NCBI GenBank assembly: GCA_018985225.1
Contig: JADGIF010000054.1
Location: 1 to 25,944, forward strand
From: Amoeboradix gromovi X-113
Lineage: Eukaryota > Fungi > Sanchytriomycota
Direction of reading: 5' to 3'
Length of the DNA: 25,944 nt
Each line of letters starts with the position of its first letter. The first letter of the stretch is position 1. Below are positions 19,447-25,944 of this stretch, piece by piece. The notes beneath the pieces are model-generated. The model ran no database searches, was not told the origin of the DNA, and saw only the letters and a program-made list of their open reading frames with translations. Both the position numbers and the translations under genes were made by a program.

Positions 19447-21696
19447 ATGACTTTGTGTGATGTGACTTTCTCTCTCTCAAATCAACTGAATCAGCTGTAT
19501 TCCATTTCTATCAAGTCACACTTGCTTGATGAAGTATCTGTCATTATTTCTGCCAACGATGTACCCCTTTCTGATCCTGTCTTGTTTTTACTTGATCTTT
19601 CATGGCAAATTATCGAGTTTCCAATTTTAATATCAGAAATACCATCCAACGCGATTCTCACATTTACAATGCTCAACAAATCCATAAGCTGCAATGTATT
19701 TAACGATGCTCATTTACTTCGCAATGGGATACATTCCATCAATTTTGGTAATAAGAATTTTCCTACCTTGCTCACTTTGGAATCCAAATTAAGGCAATAT
19801 GAGCGTGGTGAATTATCTAAAGATGCACTACTAGATACCGTCATGCTAGCTAGTATACAATCTGAAATAGATTCGCTGTACAAATTAGATTTATTTGTTG
19901 TTATCCAATATCCTTTGTTTAAATTCCCTGTTGTTTACAATGAGGAGTTTCCTATACTAGACGACAATCAGCACTTCAACAGCTGGTACGATCCTCAGGT
20001 TCACTTGTTAAATATTATCGAAGAGAAACATCGCCGTTTAATCAGAGATACACGTAGCGGCTACGTGGATATTGAACTAAAGCCTAGCCTGCAGACTAGG
20101 GATGAAATAAATCGTATCATTGCTATGTCTTGCACCAGTAAACTAAGTTCAGATGAGCGTGACTTAATATGGACGTTTAGATACTATCTAAGTAAGAGCA
20201 GCAAGGCGTGTACTAGATTTATAGCTAGTGTTTATTGGAATGATGTATTTGAACGGGCTGAAGCGATCAAGCTGCTCTCGAAATGGGATGAAATTAGCAT
20301 TGAGGATTCTTTGGAATTGTTGAGCGAACACTCAGATGAGTACATACGGCAGTTCGCTACAAATAGAATACTCAAATGCACTAACAGGGAAATCGAGCTT
20401 TATTTAATTCAGTTAGTTCAGGCTGTTAAATATGAAACGATTGGTTATTCAGATAGATTCTCCATTAGACTCATGACAAGTGAAATGGATTTAGAAATAC
20501 TATCCACTAGTCCATTATTAGACTGTCTGTTTAATAAATGTATAAATATTGATTTAATTATACCATTTTACTGGCATATAAGGTGTGAGAGCGAACTAGT
20601 AAAGCATGGGCTTTTATTTAGTTTAATACAACAGTATTACTTTAAGTTATTAAAACAGGAGTACAAAGATGTGATACGCAGACAGAGCGATTTAGTTAAG
20701 TACTTGAATACTTTGAGTGGTTCATTAAAATTGTCTAAAGAACCCAGATTGCGTAAAATTGAATGGCTGCAAGAGGCCTTGGCTGATCCTAAAAACGGGC
20801 TCAATGTGTTCCCGCCGATGACGTGGTTGTTGCAGCCCTCTTTAACAGTTATTGGCATATTACCTACCAAGACTAATCTGTTTAAATCGGCATTACAGCC
20901 ACTCTTGTTAACGTTTACTTGCGACGATGGACTATACACCTGCATATTCAAGACTGGTGACGATATGCGGCAGGACCAGTTGTGTTTACAGCTGATAGAA
21001 CTTATGGATCAATTCATGTTAAAAGACAACTTGGATTTAAAAATAAAGACTTACAAAGTCATTTCTGTGGGTGAAAAGGTAGGATTCGCGGAGTTTATAG
21101 ATAGTAAACCATTGTCTGTGATACTGGATGAGCATCATGGTGTACTCTTTCCATATCTCCTTGGTGAGAATGAATCTAGTATTTCATCAGATGTGATGGA
21201 TACTTATCTTCGAAGTTCCGCAGGATACTGCGTTATGACCTTCATACTTGGTGTAGGCGATAGGCATCTGGATAACGTTTTGTTAACTAAGCAGGGTAAA
21301 TTGTTTCACGTCGACTATGCGTACATTTTAGGCTTAGATCCGAAGCCGTATCCGCCTTACATGAAAATATGCAAAGAGATGGTAGAATTAATGGGTGGCC
21401 TACAGCATCCAAATTATAGCAAGTTCAAGCAATACTGCTTCACGGCATATTCAATTCTGAGGAAACATTCAAAGTCAATAATACAGCTGCTGATGCTAAT
21501 GAAAGAAGCGAATATGCCATCTATACAACAAGATCCAGACACTAGCATCAACAAGCTATTGGACAAATTTAGATTGGATCTGAATGAGAAGGAAGCAATT
21601 GAGTATTTTGATCAGTTGATAACTGAATCTGCAACGGCACTATTTCCGCAAGTGCTAGAAACCATACACAGATTTGCACAATATTGGAGAAGATAA
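19447..21696 (+). CDS. VPS34: Class III phosphatidylinositol 3-kinase
   Basis: FKTGDDMRQDQL, GVGDRHLDN, HVDY and C-terminal HRFAQYWRR. Start 19447 is preferred over 19390 from N-terminal similarity (VTFSLS). Confidence 0.96.
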   Translation: MTLCDVTFSLSNQLNQLYSISIKSHLLDEVSVIISANDVPLSDPVLFLLDLSWQIIEFPILISEIPSNAILTFTMLNKSISCNVFNDAHLLRNGIHSINFGNKNFPTLLTLESKLRQYERGELSKDALLDTVMLASIQSEIDSLYKLDLFVVIQYPLFKFPVVYNEEFPILDDNQHFNSWYDPQVHLLNIIEEKHRRLIRDTRSGYVDIELKPSLQTRDEINRIIAMSCTSKLSSDERDLIWTFRYYLSKSSKACTRFIASVYWNDVFERAEAIKLLSKWDEISIEDSLELLSEHSDEYIRQFATNRILKCTNREIELYLIQLVQAVKYETIGYSDRFSIRLMTSEMDLEILSTSPLLDCLFNKCINIDLIIPFYWHIRCESELVKHGLLFSLIQQYYFKLLKQEYKDVIRRQSDLVKYLNTLSGSLKLSKEPRLRKIEWLQEALADPKNGLNVFPPMTWLLQPSLTVIGILPTKTNLFKSALQPLLLTFTCDDGLYTCIFKTGDDMRQDQLCLQLIELMDQFMLKDNLDLKIKTYKVISVGEKVGFAEFIDSKPLSVILDEHHGVLFPYLLGENESSISSDVMDTYLRSSAGYCVMTFILGVGDRHLDNVLLTKQGKLFHVDYAYILGLDPKPYPPYMKICKEMVELMGGLQHPNYSKFKQYCFTAYSILRKHSKSIIQLLMLMKEANMPSIQQDPDTSINKLLDKFRLDLNEKEAIEYFDQLITESATALFPQVLETIHRFAQYWRR

Positions 21697-21711
21697 AGAA
21701 GGGCAATAAAT

Positions 21712-23994
21712 TTATTTAAACTTCTTATGTTTGATGCTTCTTTTATTTTTAGAAGGACAAGCATTAGCCATATGGGACGCATCATCGCAAAGAAAGCACT
21801 TAAAATTACTACCGGAAATAGTTAAATTTTTGGCTTGGTGGTTGTTTTCTGCGTCTTGCCACTTGAAAAATTTACATTTTGTAGCCTTTGTGCAAGTATA
21901 ATACACCCTGTTTTTATTAGTTCCATTTTGGCACTTCTTCTCACTAGCTATTAAGCCGCAATCACATCTGATTTCAGATTTAGGATAGCTATTGTTCGAA
22001 AAGTAGTTGGCATTTGGAGCAGAGGCCTTCGCAACTTTGTTTTTTTTGGTAAAATCATTGGGCCTAGTACTCTCAGTGTTGGTATTGATATTATCCGCTA
22101 AGAAATAATTTGAATTTCTGTTGTTTTTGCGTCGAGTACTATCGGTGGTTTCACCTGCAGTCTCCATGTCAAAGTTTTCTATATTGCTATTTATTGTTTG
22201 CACTATATTTGCCTGAAATATTGATTGAATCAAATCGTCAATTTGATTCATGCAGTTATAAACATTTTTATATTTACTTATCATTGCAACCAACACGGCA
22301 CTCTTCGGTTTAGATCCAGTGCAAATTTCTGCCAAATTCTTTTCCATTTCTGCTCTTAGTTCCGGCTCGCTTAATAATGGCATGCTGTTAGATGTTGGTA
22401 TCGCATCCAAGCCTTCAACTAGAGCCAACCCCAAAGAAGTAGGTATGATAAATTTATTATTGTACATGACGTACTCTCTAGTAAATATCTTGCTTATGTG
22501 ATCGTGCATTGTAGCATCTGTCCCAATTCCATGCTTGTCCATTAATCCAATTAAATCAGCTTCGGTAAGAAATTGGGGTGCAGCAGTCTTCCCGGTACCG
22601 TTCGTACAGGAATACTCTTTCACTAGTTCACCATTTGTAAACTCGGCAACTTCTACTGATTTCCAGGTGTCAAAAGGATAAATTCTCAAATAGTTGCGCT
22701 GTAGTATTTGCAAGCCGCTTGCAGTAAAAACTTCGTCTTCTATACTTAAATGAATAGTAGTGGAGTTGCCTGTAGCATCCTTGGAACAACATGCTAGAAA
22801 TCTACGAGTTATAAAATCGAAAACGCGGCGATCATCACCATTTAGGTTACTTCCGTTACTAGTAGGATGAATAGGTGGGTGAGCCTTATCGTTATGGTTA
22901 CCACATCGCGGAAACCTATAGAGATCAGTATTAAGCAGCTCGTTGGCGAAATCTCTATAATTTGAATCGCTAACTTGTTTTTTAATCAAGTCTTTCAAAT
23001 TAAAGTTCTTTTGAAATTGATCAGTTTCTGTACGAGGATATGATATGATGCCCTTTTGGTAAAGTCCCTCAGCAATTTTCATTATCTTGGCGCTTGAAAT
23101 ATGAAGTAAACGGCTGCCACATTTTTGCATTTCAACTGTGGTTAGCGGTAAAGGGGCCCATTTAGAGGTTGGTTTCTTTTGTACAAATGCTATCAGGGCA
23201 ACTTTATTCAACAAATGCTCATAGATAGCATCTACTATGCACCTACTAAACAAGTGCTTTCTTTGCCATGAAAATATATGAGATATATTATTTTTAAATA
23301 CTTTTATGGATATAAAATAAAACATTTCAGAAACAAATTCATTGCGCTCTTTGTATCTTTTAACAACAAAGCCTAATGTTGGAAATTGGCACGAACCATA
23401 AGAGATGAACTTATTCTCAGGAGTAAATCTTTTTAAGCTTAAAGAAAGATGGCGAGTAAATGCTGCGCCTATCCTTAAATCTAACTCCATGCGACAATCC
23501 ACAGCCTGAACTTGCAAATTGTCTATTACCCCGAGATTATTGTAGGCATTCCATATATCACTAGGCTGGACGACGCTAAACCTCATTCTTTTGACAGGAA
23601 TGCTCTTAGTTTGAGTCATGATATGAACTATTTCCCATCCTATGTATTCACCTTCTCTGTCATTATCAGTTAATATTATTAGCTCGGTGCAATATCGAGA
23701 GAGTGATTCTAAATTCCTTGATATACCAAGCATGTCTTTATTTACCGATTTTTTTATAGACGCATCCATTAGAGTAATTGGAGAACAAGACTCCCATCTC
23801 TTCAAACTGCTGTCCTGGAACTCTATGTCTAGTACATGACCAGTTACGCTTGTCATAATAACTGGCACACTTTTTATCTCAAACTTAAAGTTCTTACACC
23901 ACTTCCAGCCATCTGATGTAGAGTATGAATTATTAGACAGAATTTGAGTAACGCTTTTAGCTATTGACGGTTTTTCCGCAACACAAATACGCAT
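21712..23994 (-). CDS. TOP3: DNA topoisomerase III alpha with GRF zinc finger and CCHC knuckle
   Basis: CVAEKPSIAK, DREGE, SYGSCQFPTLGFVV, catalytic ISYPRTET, GIGTDAT; C-terminal CDCG...YYTC...CKFFKW and CFLCDDASHMANAC. Confidence 0.96.
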   Translation of the reverse strand: MRICVAEKPSIAKSVTQILSNNSYSTSDGWKWCKNFKFEIKSVPVIMTSVTGHVLDIEFQDSSLKRWESCSPITLMDASIKKSVNKDMLGISRNLESLSRYCTELIILTDNDREGEYIGWEIVHIMTQTKSIPVKRMRFSVVQPSDIWNAYNNLGVIDNLQVQAVDCRMELDLRIGAAFTRHLSLSLKRFTPENKFISYGSCQFPTLGFVVKRYKERNEFVSEMFYFISIKVFKNNISHIFSWQRKHLFSRCIVDAIYEHLLNKVALIAFVQKKPTSKWAPLPLTTVEMQKCGSRLLHISSAKIMKIAEGLYQKGIISYPRTETDQFQKNFNLKDLIKKQVSDSNYRDFANELLNTDLYRFPRCGNHNDKAHPPIHPTSNGSNLNGDDRRVFDFITRRFLACCSKDATGNSTTIHLSIEDEVFTASGLQILQRNYLRIYPFDTWKSVEVAEFTNGELVKEYSCTNGTGKTAAPQFLTEADLIGLMDKHGIGTDATMHDHISKIFTREYVMYNNKFIIPTSLGLALVEGLDAIPTSNSMPLLSEPELRAEMEKNLAEICTGSKPKSAVLVAMISKYKNVYNCMNQIDDLIQSIFQANIVQTINSNIENFDMETAGETTDSTRRKNNRNSNYFLADNINTNTESTRPNDFTKKNKVAKASAPNANYFSNNSYPKSEIRCDCGLIASEKKCQNGTNKNRVYYTCTKATKCKFFKWQDAENNHQAKNLTISGSNFKCFLCDDASHMANACPSKNKRSIKHKKFK

Positions 23995-24008
23995 TGTTTT
24001 CTCCTCCT

Positions 24009-24110
24009 CGTTAAAGTCCTGGTTTCCTAGAAAATCAAGAAATTATACGCCGAAACTGATAACACGCTGTCTGACGATTTCGATACCTTGAGATGGGATT
24101 GAAGAGGTAT
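24009..24110 (-). ncRNA. Candidate Fanzor2 omega-RNA scaffold / right end
   Basis: Minus strand CCTCTTCAATCCCATCTCAAGG...TCTTGATTTTCTAGGAAACCAGGACTTTAACG matches the 18821 copy at both ends, with a different middle. Confidence 0.65.
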
Positions 24111-24119
24111 AAAAACATT

Positions 24120-24400
24120 TCAGTGTATGTTCTTCGCCTCCATATCTTCCGGAAAACAGTCTGTAAATGCTTGTCTCCAGGTTGCTAAACTTTGGTTTCT
24201 ACACCTTGTAAATTTATGACCAGCAAATGCTTCATGCCTTCTGCAAACATATTTCCAGCCATTTACCACAGATTGGGAAACAGTGGAAATATCAAATAAC
24301 ATTTTTTTATTCTGTAAAGTAATAATTTATTGCCTCTAAGAAGATAAATTAAGTTTCAAATGAGCTGATTGTGAATAACAATATTTTTCAAAAGATCGAC
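24120..24400 (-). pseudogene. Strongly decayed Fanzor2 remnant
   Basis: HEAFAGHKFTRCRN...EDMEAKNIH aligns with SESFTSQTYTRCG...DHMAARNIY of the 18940 copy, and is followed by the same conserved end. Confidence 0.65.
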
Positions 24401-24428
24401 CATGTCAGTATATGATGGTATTATACAT

Positions 24429-25794
24429 TTATTTTACCTCTCCCATTAATTCCTTAAGTTCGTCTTTCAGCGATGAATTCATCGATTCTTCTTCGCTGGA
24501 TCGTATGGGTAAATCCAAATTTGATTTTGACAATTGATTTGGATTGCTAATAACTATATGTGGCTTTTCTTTATGAATGTAGGCTAAAGTCTTGTTTAAT
24601 TCATCTAAAGGTATACCAACTGGTGATTTACTGATGCAGTGCTTGGATAGTATAATCATCACATCTTTCGCTTTAAAACTAGCACTTAGCCCCCAGCACT
24701 GCAGCAACCGATCACTGTTCCACTCTTTGGACTCGTTGTTTTTGCAATTTGAACGTATATACTGCCATACTAGTTTCAATGTCTGTCCTATATTAGTTGC
24801 AAAAACCTTGAGGCATAAATTTAAAGTTAGTTAATAATTCTGTGGTTTCGTCCCACTCATGAAGGGTTCTTTTGTTAGACTTTTCGCGACGCTTTCTTTT
24901 CATCCTTATGGGAATTTCTTTTCTAACAAGAGATAGCGGAAATAAATGATTTTTTCGGTGTTCCATAAGTTGAGCTATATTGTACATTTGCTGCATCGGT
25001 AACTTTTTAATATCAAACTTGATTAGCATCTTACTAAGCTGTACAGCTATACTGTTAATAGGCAATGGAATTGGGAATACCGCAAATAATGTTGAAAAAC
25101 TCTCATTTGGGTGTAAAATACCATTTCTAACGAGTCTCTTGCTGTATGCATAGTCGATTACCATATCTACTGCAGTTTTTATGGTGCAATATGGTATCCC
25201 TAAGAAGTCTTCCAGTATCTGATTGCATTTTAGCAATCCAGAATGTTCATTTTTTAATAGCTCTTCGTATTCTTTTGTTAAATCACAGTATTTCAGGTAT
25301 TTTTCCGTCTTTTCCCATTCGCATTCTGGTACATCATCCACTAATACTTGCGTACTTAAATTTGAATAAGACTCCTGGGTTGGGTTCACTTTGACCTTGT
25401 TTTCTCCAAATATGGCTCTTAATGCATTGTCCACGATGCAAAACTTACCATCAGTTAATCCCCTTTCTATGCAGTATTTCCAGATAAGCTTCGAAATTAA
25501 AGAATTTGGCATGTATTGGTATCCAATAACCTTTTGCAGTGCAGGCTCGCATTTTCTAACTGTCTTGCAATTGCACCATTTCTGACTGCGTTTCTTGCTG
25601 ATACTGATGTATATATCAATTACTAAATATTGAAATACTGCAATGTCATTACAGTAATTAATGTTCAGCGATCTATCCACTAAATCCACCAAGGTTCTGG
25701 GAGTTAATAATTTACCTTGTGGGCTCTCTAACAATTTCTTTAAATATTCGACAACAGTATGGGGAAAAGGAATTGACATATGAAGCGACGTCAT
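24429..25794 (-). CDS. DEK-C-like plus three SWIB/MDM2 domain protein (UAF30/Tri1/Spp27-like); exons 25794-24807 and 24787-24429
   Basis: SWIB-like repeats: PALQKVIG...SKLIWKYCIERGL...DNALRAIFG; LEDFLG...VIDYAYSKRL; and, after splicing, FMPQGQTLKLVWQYIRSN. N-terminal helical DEK-C-like segment. Confidence 0.72.
24788..24806 (-). other. 19-nt spliceosomal intron (phase 1)
   Basis: GTTTTTGCAACTAATATAG with ACTAAT branch site. Removal fuses two ORF-track entries in frame and completes a SWIB motif. Confidence 0.85.
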
Positions 25795-25812
25795 CACTTA
25801 ATAAAAACACTC

Positions 25813-25944
25813 GGGACATCAAACATAAAAACTGGACTAACTTTCTGTAACAACGTGGAACATTATATCAGCTTTATTAATTTTATGGATTTAAGAGGCG
25901 AGTGGACATTCAGCTAGTTGCGGAGTTGACGAGTATAAAAGGAA
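25813..25944 (+). mobile_element. Left arm of a second TIR element copy, followed by a Fanzor1-like motif (truncated by window end)
   Basis: GGGACATCAAACATAAAAACTGGACTAACTTTCTG differs from the 13545 copy by 1 substitution and 1 indel; weaker similarity continues to about 25880. GVDEYKR at 25922-25942. Confidence 0.7.

Noticed and set aside
23992-24008. Shine-Dalgarno-like AGGAGG 8 nt before the TOP3 ATG
   Set aside because: The genes are eukaryotic (VPS34, PRMT1, UTP7, spliceosomal introns) and no other gene shows the motif; treated as coincidence.
579-25585. Numerous 60-146 aa ORFs antisense to or nested in the main genes
   Set aside because: Shadow ORFs of real CDSs with no motifs, often starting at non-ATG codons.

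Overview
AT-rich, very compact eukaryotic (fungal-like, probably early-diverging) genomic window using the standard genetic code. It has about 15 tightly packed protein genes: an RNF5-type RING E3, 5-oxoprolinase, uroporphyrinogen-III synthase, a possible L7Ae/Pop3-like ORF, PDX2/SNO1, a USP deubiquitinase, a large secreted Cys-rich protein, an orphan ORF, PRMT1, UTP7, a FYVE protein, NPC2, VPS34, TOP3 and a DEK-C/3xSWIB protein. Three ultra-short GT-AG introns (19, 20 and 21 nt) can be called because splicing restores conserved motifs. The main hidden signal is in the larger intergenic gaps, nearly all of which contain decayed Fanzor (eukaryotic TnpB) coding fragments. Alongside them are (a) four related minus-strand structured ends resembling Fanzor2/IS607 omega-RNA scaffolds, each followed by a different putative guide, two of them in tandem, and (b) a TIR-bounded miniature element carrying a Fanzor1-like tail and a structured RNA-like segment, with a second copy of its left arm at the window end. 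No intact Fanzor gene or transposase is visible. All assignments come from manual reading and motif recognition; no searches were run.
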